This document shows, piece by piece, positions 47,749-60,240 of a stretch of DNA of 64,000 bases. Both the position numbers and the translations under genes were made by a program. The DNA is from Somniosus microcephalus (Eukaryota): contig CM126209.1 in NCBI GenBank assembly GCA_052327205.1, positions 37,138,001-37,202,000 on the forward strand, read 5' to 3'. Each line of letters opens with the position of its first letter. Positions within the stretch are counted from its first letter, which is position 1. The notes beneath the pieces were generated by a model. That model was not told the DNA's origin, did not search any database, and saw only the letters and a list, made by a program, of their open reading frames with translations.

Positions 47749-49809
47749 GGCCAAGTGACATTCTGCAGGATAATAGTCTGCATAAAAGACCAAGATGCCC
47801 TTTCAGGAGAATAGGTTGCACTGGAGTCAATGTGGTAACCTTAACACACTTCAAAGTTAGGGATAATGGAATTAACAAAGGCTTATTCCCTGAAGAAGAA
47901 TAAATTTAATTGCCCATCTTCCTTTCCTCCATATATCTCTTATATTAACATTTTATTTTATTTACACTTCATAGTTATGCCTCAGTAAAACCAAGTTAAC
48001 ATCAACTGAAGGCTGTCCTAGATGATACAAAGGCTATTGCCTTACCGAGGACAGAATAAACCAACACCTTTCTGAAGCTGCTCTTTGAACTGTTCAAACT
48101 GAAGTTAACAATTTTAAACTATGAAATAGGCACACAAAACTCAGTTTAAAAAATAGGTTATGACCTCTGAATCTAACAGGTGGTTGGAAGGTTAGCAACC
48201 TTGACTCATTCAAGGCCTACACAGGGAATGGCAAGGAGGGAGGGAACATTTCAGTCTGGTACACACAGCATGTAGGTTTCAACTATTTTAACTTTACCAT
48301 GAAATTGAAAACAAAGATATTACATTCTATTAATGAAGTACACTGAAATTGGCAATCTTACTTAGAGAGGTCAGAGGTATGGCTCATTTAAGAAATGAAA
48401 CATTGTGCTGTTGTAACAGGACATAACTCTTCTGACACTGAAGCTAGGATACATTGCTGGGCATCTGGCCAGGCTAGCTTGTCCTACCTGATATGAGAAT
48501 GCTTAATGTAGGGTTTCAAATGGGTAAAAGTGCTCTATCGTTTGATCATTGCCTTAAACCATCCCCATATCTAAAATAAATTGTGGAATCAGTACACTGC
48601 CAAAGAGAAAACAGTGCCCAAGAACACAACTCAGTGACACAACTTATAGCAACACAATGAACTACTAAAGTCATTATAGTCGCAAGTACAATTTTCAATT
48701 GGCCCCAGTAAGCTCCTAGTTCAACCTCTGCACCTTGAAGATGAAGTTGGCAAAGCACTACTTTTTGAAAATGCGTCCCCATATGTTTATTCCCCTGTTT
48801 TAGATAGAAATCCTTAAAACAATCAAATAAGTGTTCTAAAAGAAAATGTTTTTTTCCCATTGCTGTTAACCACTCACTGAAATAACAATGTCAAAGCACT
48901 TTGAAAAGCAGACTGTACATAACACTCTTGTTAAAACAGGTCCAAAATCTAACCACTTTAAAAGAGAAAAATAAGCCTCAATATGTCTTGTCGTAATCTT
49001 TACAATGAGTTGTAGCATGTTGCGATCGACTACTTTTGCTTTGCACCATTCTATAAGCGCAGAGAGGCAATTGGGGGATGATTGGAGTTTGTTCAAGCCC
49101 AACCCAAACCAGGTCACCTTCAGCTTAAATAGAGTCATACCAGCGCTCAGAGGTGTGTCAGGTCCTGGCTGAGCCAGAAAACCAGAGGCTCCCAGCATGA
49201 GGTTCTCTTGCCCCCAACTCCGCCTGCTGATTGCATTTGCCTTGCAAGGGATGGGCAGAGGCTCTGCACCTTACAAGGCATGTTAGAAATGGTGGAGACC
49301 TCAGGTCCCGATTGTCAGCATTCCGCTGAAGTTACAGCAGAAGACTAGCAAAACCTCGGTGGATTTTTGGGGCCAGTCATCTGAGGAGATGTTGCATTCT
49401 CCAAAATCCACAAAACATATCTCAGGTGGCAGGTTTGTAGTATTTACAATTCTGCTAAACTTCCCCTAACGCATTGAGTACTGTGACGGAATTTCAGTTA
49501 AATAATACAATCGTATCCAGTGTACATTTCTGATTTTATTCTTGACATTTCTATACTGGAATACAGCAGTTCTTTGTGAATCCCTAGGATCTTTTAATTC
49601 TACCCACAGAATTAATTATTTTTTTGAAAACGCAACATAGTAAAGCAAGTGCATATTTTGAAACATGCCACAAAAATTTATATATAAAAACTAAACTTCC
49701 CCTCAAAAGATGTATTATAAAATCTCAATGTCAGCTTCTGGAGACTAGAATATGGTCTCTAAATACTGGGTTGACGTTTAGCGGGGTATGCGCGCCCAGA
49801 CAGAATGAT

Positions 49810-50170
49810 CACTGGCTCAGTATTCCCACCTCTAAGTCAGAAAGGTTTGGTTCAGGCCGCACTCCAGCCAGCCCCAGTGAGTGGAGACCAGAGCAACAAC
49901 TCTGAATACTGGACTGACTGGGTACTTGCAGCCGATGGGTGCAGGCTCCCCTCAGCCCCCAATTGTAAAGGGTAGGTGGGGCTCTTTAGCCTTCATTGCA
50001 GCTCCCCTCCCTCAGGTGAAGGTATGCTGAAGGTAAAAGTCGTGACAGCGGCAACGAGAAACCGCCTCAGCTACTTTTCCCCCCAGTAAATGGCTCAAGA
50101 ATCTCATGTGTGAAACTTGAGTTAGCTCCTGCCCTGGAACACAACTGCCGGATGGACGGAACTGTCTGAT
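49810..50170 (+). mobile_element. Possible tRNA-derived SINE
   Basis: tggctcag...acctctaagtcagaaaggtttggttcagg resembles an A/B-box head; GC-richer body. Family not identified. Confidence 0.3.
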
Positions 50171-52339
50171 AGCAAGCAAACATTATGCAAGGAGTCTCCA
50201 AATCAGACAGTTTTTTGTATACTGATCAGGTGATTTCCTAAACTAGTGTCAATGAGCATTCAGGAAAAAAATGCTTTCCCTTACTAGCTCCTTATGAGTA
50301 TCAGCAGAAGTTGTAACTACTTCACAACAGCGTGAAGCACCAAGATTACAACAGGTCAGGTTTCAAAACAGACACGTTTCCCCAGTATACAGTTCCCCCT
50401 TTTCTGTTGTTCATGGACAGAGAATGGAGTTTTACTTTAATTTATATATATTTTTTGATAGACCTTAAATGTACACATTGTGCTTACCCACAATATCCAT
50501 ACCGGAACACGCATGTGTAGAAGGATAAATACACTTTTAAAAGTAGTCAGGAATCTCTGCTGCCCTCCATTTACTGAAGCCTTTGGGGAAACTAAGACTT
50601 TATTTGCATTTTTATGAAATGGACATAGTTTTCCACCATCTATTTTTCCTGATGAATTTACACTAAAAGCTGCAAATTGTACACTGCAATGGGAAATAGA
50701 ACATTTCTACTTACAGCCCACACTGACAAAACTAAAACTATGTCACCATTTATTAATTCTGGACAGGGACACCAACGGAACTCAAATATCTAATTAAAAA
50801 CAATGGGTGGCAAGACAGTTGCTCTTCTTATTGACTGTGATCATTCTAATTAGCAGAAAATGAAAATGATAATGATATGTAAAGTAACCTGGCTGTTCAA
50901 AACACAACACATTTCATCTGTGAACGCTATTTGTGAAATTGCCAGGGAAAAGATATAAATAAGGAAATGAGAAAAACAAGCCCAGCATTAACATGCTATA
51001 CAATGACTTTACCATACACTCGAGGAAGCTTGGAACACCTGTCTTCTGCATTAGACATTGGACCAGGTCAGTTTCTTAAATGATTCAAAACATGAACTTG
51101 GCTCAGATTGTCTTCAAACAGGACTAAAGTTTAATTCATTAAAATCTGAAGGATGAATACAACAGATTTTGATAGATCTTGTTATAAGTATTTGTTCTCA
51201 TTTGTAAAACCAAGTAACAAAAATTATCACCAATCTTAATATTCTTTGCTTGATTTTTATGTTGCTGCTGTTTGTACATGATTTGTCTAGATATGAAGGT
51301 TGACAATATTGTATGGAACTGATTTGAAGCAGTAACTGAGACTGATGGTGTGAGGGAGAAGCATTAACACACACAGTTGCTTGCATGTCTACACAGCCCC
51401 TCGTACTACTAGGCTCAGAAACTCCTCCAACTCAATTTCTCCTAGGAAGACACCAGCATTCATTTAAACAAAAATAACAGAAAAGTAGAAACAAAGTGAG
51501 TTATGAAAGTTTTTGTACTTGTTTGGTTTTCTTAAAAAGTGGTCCTAATGGTGACACTCACTGGCAGAATATTTTAAAACCGGAATCAACATTCATTCTC
51601 TGCTCCAGCTGTCTATACCACTGCACAATGAAGGATGACATTCCACTAATTTATCTTCAAGCTACCATAGAGAAGCTGATAAATGACCTAACCACAAATA
51701 AATAAAGCACCTCAAACTTCACCTGTACTTCTAACCACCATGACAGGTGCTTCTAATGTGATGCCACCAGGTGAGGTCTGGTGATTGATCAGTAACGCAC
51801 CTCAAAAGCCACAGCCAGGTGTTGCCATGGCTTTACAAAAACTCATTCTTCAACATCCCAGTAAATAAGGATCCGTCAGTGAATCGAAGAGTGTGAAGGA
51901 GTCATCATTCAGAAGTTGTGCAGGCGCCTTGGAATTATGACAGTCCTTTGTAGGAGTGAAAGAATACCTGACTCCCCATTACGGAGGTAATCTGCTTATT
52001 CTCTAGATACACAAAATTGGATCTTCCAATAATGATCCAGATCAATAACAGTAAAAACTGAGATCAAAACGATGTTATTTAAACTATATATTTAAAGCTG
52101 CACGGCCCATATTACCTCCATGTACAAATGCAGCCAAAGAAGCCAATCTATGAAAACATTTCTTTGACACTGTCCATTATAAAAATATTCCAATCTTCAT
52201 AGCAGAGGCTGGTGTAGCTGCTCTGCTAACCCCTCTCTCCAGTCCTCATTCTGGTTCTATGATTGCCTGGAACCCAGATGAAGTGGATAGTTCAGGTGGG
52301 TAGATAAGCAAAGCACATATTCCTGAAGTTGACCTCATA

Positions 52340-52602
52340 ATTGAATGAAACATATAACACTACTCAAAGAACAGCAAGGAAGTTCTCTCGTTGTCCTTGC
52401 AAACATTGATCCCTTAGCCAACACCAACAAGAACTGATTAACTGGCCATTCATCTCACTGCTGTTTTTGGTACCTTGCTATGCACAAATTGGCTGCTGCA
52501 TTTACCTACAAAACAATGACCATACTTCAAAAATAATTCATTGGCTGTGAGCACTTTGGGATGTCCATGAAAGGTATATAAATGTAAGTTATTTTTTTCT
52601 TT
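52340..52602 (+). mobile_element. Deu-domain SINE fragment
   Basis: ggaagttctctc...gccaacacc...tgctatgcacaaattggctgctgcatttacctac...cttcaaaaataattcattggctgtgagcactttgggatgtcc. Confidence 0.7.
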
Positions 52603-52790
52603 CACTAGGCTTCTATAACTGCTAACTATATCAGCAACATAGATTTAAACAATCCCAGGTTTGATTCCAGGTCTGTGCTGTTAACTGATCTCACTTTAAT
52701 TGGCTATATTGCCCCCAGACTAGCAAAGTGAAAAAAGAAAATTCAGTCATTGCTGGTGTTCCTAGACCCCTCAGGGTGACGAAGAGTGAA

Positions 52791-53167
52791 AATAAGAACA
52801 TAAGAAATAGGGGAAGTAGGCCATTCGGCCCCTCAAGCCTGCTCCGCCATTCAATAAGATCATGGCTGATCTTCTACATCAATTCTAATTTCCCGCCCTA
52901 TCCCCATATCACTTGATTCCCTTAGTGCCCAAAAAAATCTAGCAATCTCAAGCTTGAATATACTCAACGACTGAGCATCCACAGCCCTCTGGGGTAGAGA
53001 ATGAAAAAGATTCACAACCCTCTGAGTGAAGAAATTTCTCCTCATCTCAGTCCTAAATGGCTGACCTCCTTATTCTGAGACCCCTGGTTCTAGACTCTCC
53101 AGCCAGGGGAAACAACCTCTCAGCATCTACCCTATCAAACCCACTAAGAATTTTATATTTTTCAATG
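52791..53167 (-). mobile_element. CR1 LINE 3' fragment
   Basis: ORF 52860-53045 MRRNFFTQRVVNL...; tail reads aacataagaaatagg on the + strand. Confidence 0.9.
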
Positions 53168-53680
53168 AGTGCACACCCAAAATGTCATAACCTGTCTTTT
53201 CCCTGAACAGCTGCTGTGACCTACTGTATGTTCCCAGGTTCTCTGCAATTCAAAGTTAAGGGTGTGGTATGGAGGGCAGCAGATCATGGCTGAATAGTTG
53301 AAATGAGACACAACTACACATAAAGACTTGGGTAAGGGGACGTCAGAGGCAATTCTGAGATTTATAGTGGAGATGAAGAGGGGGATGTAAACCACACCAA
53401 AAAAAATCCCTACAGTGACTGCACTTTACCTACTTGGTTTGTTGGAATTTTCAGCTTTATCAAAATAAAGCTGTATGTACACATGGACAAAAACTTGATT
53501 ATAAACAAGAAATCATCAAATGTACAGTTCAGCTTCAGCCTGTGGGAGGTAATAAACGTGATGCAAATAACCAAATACATATTTCCCCTATAAACTAGGT
53601 ACTTCAGGGACATTATAGTAGCTCTCTAATGAGGTCTGCTGTCAGTTAAAACTTATCTTTTACTTTTGGAGGATGTGTTA

Positions 53681-55400
53681 ACATAAGAACATAAGAAATA
53701 GGAGCAGGGGTAGGCCATTCGGCCCTTCGAGCCTGCTCCGCTATTCAATGAGATCATGGCTGATCTTCTGCTTCAACTCCATTCACCGGCCCTATCGCCA
53801 TATCCCTTGATGCCTTTACTAGTCAGAAATCTATCGACTTCTGTTTTGAACATACCCAATGACTGAGCCTCCACAGCCCTCTGAGGTAGAGAATTCCAAA
53901 GATTCACCACCCTCTCTGAAGAAATTTCTTCTCATCTCAGTCCTGAATGGCCTTCCCTTTATCCTGAGGCTGTGGCCCCTGGTTCTAATCTCCCCAGCCA
54001 AGGGAAACATTCTCCGAGCATCCATCTTATCAAGCCCTGTAATAATTTTGTATGCTTCAATGAGAACCCCTCTCATTCTTCTGAATTCAAGAGAATACAG
54101 GCCTAGTTTACTCAATCTCTTTTCATACGACAGTCCCACCAACCCAGGAATCAATCTCGTGAACCTTCGTTGCACTCCCTCTATGGCAAGTATATCCTTC
54201 CTTAGGTAAGGAGACCAAAATTGTACAGTACTCCAGGTGTGGTCTCACCAAGGCCCTATATAATTGGAGTAAGACTTCTTTACTCCTGTACTCAAATTCT
54301 CTTGTAATAAAGGCCAGCATACCATTTGCCTTCCTAATGGCTTGCTGCACCTGCACATTCACTTTCAGTGACTCATGTACAAGGACACCCAGGTCCCTTT
54401 GAGCATCTGCATTCCCCAATCTTTCACCATTTAGGAAATACTCTGCCTTTGTTTTTTCACATTTATCTACGTTATATTCCATCTGCCATGTTCTCGCCCA
54501 CTCACTGAGCCTGTCGAGATCCCCTTGAAGCCTCTTCGCAACTGACACTGCCACCTAGCTTTGTATCATCAGCAAATTTGGAAATGTTACATTTAGTCCC
54601 CTCATCCAAATCATTGACATAGATTGTGAATAGCTGGGGCCCAAGCACCGATCCTTGGGTTACCCGACTAGTCACAGCCTGCCAACCTGAAAAAGACACG
54701 TTTATCCCTACTCTTTGTTTTCTGTCTGTTAACCAATTCTCAATCCATGCTAGTATATTACCCCTAATTTTGTTCACCAACCTCTTGTGTGGGACCTTAT
54801 CGAAGGCCTTCTGAAAATCCAGATACACCACATCTACCGGTTCCCCTTTGTCTACTCCACTAGTTACATTCTCAAAGAACTCCAATAGGTTTGTTAAACA
54901 GGATTTCCCTTTCATAAATCCATGTTGACTCTGCCCAATCTTACTATTAGTTTTTAAGTGCCCAGTTATTGCATCCTTTATAATAGATTCCAGCATTTTC
55001 CCAACTACTGATGTGAGGCTAACAGGTCTGTAGTTTCCAGTTTTCTCTCTCCCTCCTTTCTTAAATAGCGGGGTTACATTTGCTATCCTCCAATCTGCAG
55101 GAACCGTTCCAGAATCTATAGAATTTTGGAAGATGACAACCAATGCGTCCACTATTCCAATGGCCACCTCTTTCAAAACCCTAGGATGTAGGTCATCCGG
55201 TCCTTGGGATTTATCGACTTTTAGTCCCATTAATTTTGCTAGTACTGTTTTTTTAACTAATAATAATTTCTTTAAGTTCCTCATTCTCGCCACACCCTTG
55301 GGTTTTCTCGTATTTCTGGGAGGATTTTTGTGTCTTCCTCCGTGAAGTCAGAAACAAAGTATTTATTTAATTTCTCTGCCATTTCCTCATTCCCCATTAT
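53681..55400 (-). mobile_element. 5'-truncated CR1 LINE, frameshifted RT
   Basis: ORFs 54502-55293, 54123-54554 and 53831-54175 are consecutive CR1 ORF2 pieces (GPDDLHPRVLKE, NYRPVSLTS, KFADDTKL). Confidence 0.96.
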
Positions 55401-58400
55401 GTTACCCTCTTTCTACCTTGATTTCTCCTTATGCCCATCATTCCCAGGCCAAGCAATTCCCACAGCCAAGGGGAAGGTGCAGGCAATTCACAGCCAATAC
55501 CATTTTTAGCCAACCACCAGGAGTCAAGTGTGAATAGACTACTAGGTCACTTCTATCCAAATTTCACTCCCTTCTGCTGGGAGTGCTCTTTTAATATCCC
55601 TTTAACATATTCTGGACAATCAAATGTTCCTATCCAGTCATGTCACACGAGTAATAATCTTGTAACATTGTCAATCATAACTAGAGAATACACAGTTGTG
55701 TATGCAAAGTTTATACTGGATTGGAAATACAGCAAAAGAACTGTTCCACTACAGATGCCATGCCAACCAAACTGATGTAATTTAATATGCCACTCTCAAA
55801 CACAAAACCTGATCCAGAGGGAATTCTAACAATTTAACATGTGCCAGTGGAGTGGAGAGCAAGCAAAACATTAAATTGCGACAAATAGTACGCTCAAATA
55901 TCATCTCAGTGCCAGAACAGTACTAGTTTAGGATACATTGCATTTATTGTTTTGAGACACTGTGATAATGTTATGTTCTCAGTGTAGGTTTGACCAATTC
56001 AAATATGCAGCGTTGAAAAGCTATTGCTATAGTGCTTTTTTTGTAAATCCTTCCTGACATGATTAATACATCTAGTTTATAAGGCTCTGGTCCTTATGCT
56101 ATTAAAAACTGAAAAAATTACTTTTGTTTCTTTGAATATAGAACTGATAGTCATTGGTGAGCCCTGTATCTTGGTGTTATTAGTTTTTATCATCCTTAAT
56201 AGTTGACAAACATTTTTACATCAGACTGCAGCACAGTATTTGAAAGTGTGAACAGTTTTCTTTTTACTTCACCACACTTTTTAAAAGCTATTTTTAGTCC
56301 CAGTGTGTCCCTTCACAACACAACTCCAATGTGAGCCACCAGCCCCAAAGTTGACTTCTTTAGAACACTGTGTAATACCTGTCAATAATACTGTGATAGA
56401 CTGATAGAAGTTACACTTCTAGGAGTCCGTGCTGTCAATGACAACTCCCTCCTCTTCTCTCAATGAATGGAGTAACTGCCCATAGGGCACTCCATCCAGT
56501 CGCCCAGCCAAGACGGCTGTTCACTGGAAACAACCTGGAGTGAATGATAGGCAGTCCTGGAATTTGAACCTGCAACAATCTGATTGGGAGGTATGCAATC
56601 TACCACCAGGTGGCCCATCCCTTGCATGTTTTAATGTAAATATTAGTTTACATTTGCTTTATGCCCAAATCCCACCATCATGCTGGGATCTGTAGACAGA
56701 CCCCAGAATGAACTCTGTATTTACGATGTGAGACTTTGCTACCATGCTCAAACTGGTGAACAGCAAAATCCACCTGGCTGCTCGTCTTTTACACACCACT
56801 GATTTGACACCATCAACTTCACAGCTGCCAAAATGAAGACCAGAGAGGCTTTTACCCACTTGGTTTATGTTTTAAACAGCCTACTTAGCATTTTTAGTAG
56901 CTGTATTCAGCATCCACTAATATCATAAATAATGTATAATACTCCCTTATTTGGTACTAACTTATCTCGAGAACAAAAAAAACACTAGATAAAGCTCTGA
57001 ATTTTTAATCTGTTTAATGATAAAAAATGATTTGAAGCTGCCAGCAGAGTTTGTATTTCCAGTGACCTTGATAATTGGACCTGGGTTAAATCAACTAATT
57101 CTTTGCCAAGCAGACACTGCCCAGAGCAAATGTCAGATGGCTCAATCATATCTAGTTTTTCAGAAAATATCTAATGTTTGTCAGTAAAGTGCTACAAAGC
57201 CCTGGGATAGCAGTGTATTATCCTTGTACACATCAAGCTTTAGCCAAAGATTTATAAATTCACCTTTAAATGTAAGACCAAAAAGTTATAATGGAAGAAA
57301 AGTTACTTATGGTTTGGAATACAAGATATCTCCACATCTGCTGAACTGTTCTGAATTTTGAAAATTAATGTTTCACAGCTCTCTGCTTAATTCACTTTCG
57401 GAGTTCCTGAGTAGCACCATAGGAACATAGGGAGCAATCAGCTGTTCTTTTTATTCTTGGTTACAAAAAACATAGTACAACATCCAAAAAGCAATTAAAA
57501 AATGTAATTGATCTTTCCTTATTTCACAATCTAAACAGGTTTTTTGCTAAAGCTCTGCCTTACCTTGGAAAAACCTGCAGTGGTTGAGTACATGTCAGCC
57601 AGGTGCCTGTTTCAAGCCCCTTGGACGGGAGCATAACCCAAAGGACCAGAGAGTCAAAAACTCCTGAAAGACCAGGCTGACTCTGGTTTTTCCATTTCAT
57701 TTCTACAAAGACCTGGTTCTGTGCTCTAGACTCAGTTTATGGAAATGAAAGAGGGAGGTTAGTGCAGGGCAGTTACACTTGTGCTCAACACCTAATTTAA
57801 TGTCAAGGTAATGTGGAGTCTCGAAAAAAGAGTCTGGTTCACACTGCGTGTCGAGTCAGCACTCGTGGTTCAGGTGTGTAAAACTGCCCGACATAAGTCA
57901 GGTTGCAGTCACTGTCAGAGCAAATCCAAACCTCTGACGGGCAGCATATCCAGGGTATAATTTTGACTCAGCTGGAGAGGGGGAGAAATACCAAAGCTTG
58001 GTCTTTAAACAGGCCAAGTAGAAAGAAGTGCCTAAACGGACAATTGTGTTTCAAACATGCTGTTTTCTTTTCAACTTCTGAAATGATAAAGGATAAAAGC
58101 CACCAGCAACGGAGCTTGTTTTGCATGTGCACTTCGTATTTTTAACACAGCAAATTTTGAAAACACAAGGCAGAGCAGCATATGGGTTAAACAGACCTAC
58201 TGTAAAAGGTCAGTGCTTTCACAAACCTCTCTGTTAGGGGACACAATCCCAAACAGTGTGAGGCTACTCTCTGGAATGTGCCAACATGCTACACCATACA
58301 GTCATAAGACATGGGCCTGCACCCGCAGTTCCTCACGTGGTGAGCTTGTGATTTCAAATGTTTGGATTTGGGCAGCTGCCAAGTGGAGGCCAGGCACTTC

Positions 58401-60052
58401 CCCAAAGGAAGGGAAGGAAAAATCAAACTACAGGACTGATAGTCCCATTAAAACTATAGCTCTCTTGTTTTCACCCGGTCTTTTAATTTGCTGTATGAAT
58501 ACTTCTCAATAGCATTCCTTTCCTTCATCTCACTAGATAGCAGAGTGGGACCAGCACTACATGGACATGAGCTTTTGCGCTCTCAGCTTTCAATATTTCA
58601 CCATTAACTGCAATGTATAGCTGAAACAAATGCAAAATGAAAAGCAGCCATTTTAGTACATGAAAGATTCCCTCATCCAAAGGGGACTTATTTAATGAGT
58701 TGAAAGATTCTCACTATTTGTAAAATTCATCTTACTCTAGGAATCATAAAAACTGAAAACTCTAAAACTGGAGATGCTATTCTGCACTGAACTAACTTTC
58801 ACTCTCCTCACCTGCCTTACCATATCCCTTGCATTCCTGCTTATATAAACCAAATGACCATGACAGCTTCCCAGACCAATTGTATCCAGCAGGCTGTCAA
58901 TAAAATGTCCCTAAAAAAATGCTTGTGTCACCAGCAAGAGGAAAATAATACATGACTCATTAAATGGTGATGAGAACCTAACTGCTCTCTCTATATTCTC
59001 AGATTACCTTCAAGCGAAAACACCGACTGCAATTTCCCTCGACTGTCGACAGACCCACAGACATAAGCCTTCATTCATTTATCTTTCTATCAGTTAAGAA
59101 AACCTCATTTAGGTAAACCATGGAGTGATTTTAAGTTCTATATGCACCCTTGGTAACAACCACCATTTAAGGTATGGGAGGCTGCTTTGAAACTGCAGAT
59201 GGTAATGAATTTCAAAACCCACCAAGATCATTATTGAAATATAAGACTAGTGACAGAAGTCTTGACACTCCTTTACCATTTTTAAAATAGGCTATGCTGT
59301 AATTTGGGGAACTTTGACATCTACTTAACAGGTGGTGAATCTTCACTTAAAACAAAAAAAATTTGATGGAGATAATCAAATTCAGCTACTACGCCATATT
59401 GGCACAGTGCATGTCACTGTACAACACCACACCCAAGTCCTGCTTTGACTGAGCCTTTCCAGAGCAATGGTATCTGCTACTGACATCCTGGAACCGCCAC
59501 ATGGACTCTCTAGATTACTGGCAAAATAACTAGCAATTCAAGTAAACCAGAGTGGGTTCTCAATCACTGGGAGCCACACAGCAAAAACGACTGAATGTGA
59601 ATCACAATTAAATGCGCTGCTTAGTGCAGGTTTTGAACTAAGAATGATTATTAAGTATTTAAATGATTGTTTGTGGTTTCTGACTTGTGGGGAAATTAGG
59701 AACTAAATAAAGGTTTACAAAAAACAAGAAAAACTAACTTGAAAATAGGAAACTTTTTAAGACGTGGGTCTTACAAAAATAAACCAGAGTCAGAAAGTGC
59801 ACATTAAACAGATACAAAAGACAGTCCAACAATCTGTCACTCTAGTAAAAAACTTTGCAAATAACTTCAGTTGTCCCATTGTAAAGTATGCAAGCTACCA
59901 TCGAAGATTAATTATTGGTCAGTCCAGTTAAACAAAAATTTGCATAAGAAAGGTTAGAAGCACTTAAATGTTCAATTAGATAACAGCCGCTTTTATTTTC
60001 CCTTGATATAATAACTGCCATTTAACACTACAATCAATGCAATTTAACATAC

Positions 60053-60161
60053 CTTCTGTTTCCGATGCACCATCATCAGCAGGCTTAAACTGTGGCCTTG
60101 CTACAGCTAGTGCTGCCATGGTTAACATGGCCCAGCAGACCAAGTAACAGCAACTAGGCAT
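60053..60161 (-). CDS. FGFR2: FGFR2 exon 2 coding part (signal peptide); whole exon 60288-60053, optional in-frame upstream ATG at 60218
   Basis: MPSCCYLVCWAMLTMAALAVARPQFKPADDGASETE+G aligns in register with [36 protein letters not shown]. Acceptor ttttctttctgcag|60288, donor G|GTATG after 60053, 109 coding nt. Confidence 0.92.
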
Positions 60162-60165
60162 CCTA

Positions 60166-60240
60166 TTAGTGAAGATCCTTAGACCGCTGCTGGAACTCCA
60201 TCTGGACTCTAATCCCATCTGAATTCTTGTGTATAGGCAT
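60166..60240 (-). other. uORF (24 aa) in FGFR2 exon 2, overlapping the upstream in-frame ATG
   Basis: ATG at 60240 encodes MPIHKNSDGIRVQMEFQQRSKDLH then TAA, ending 4 nt before the ATG at 60161. Confidence 0.55.
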
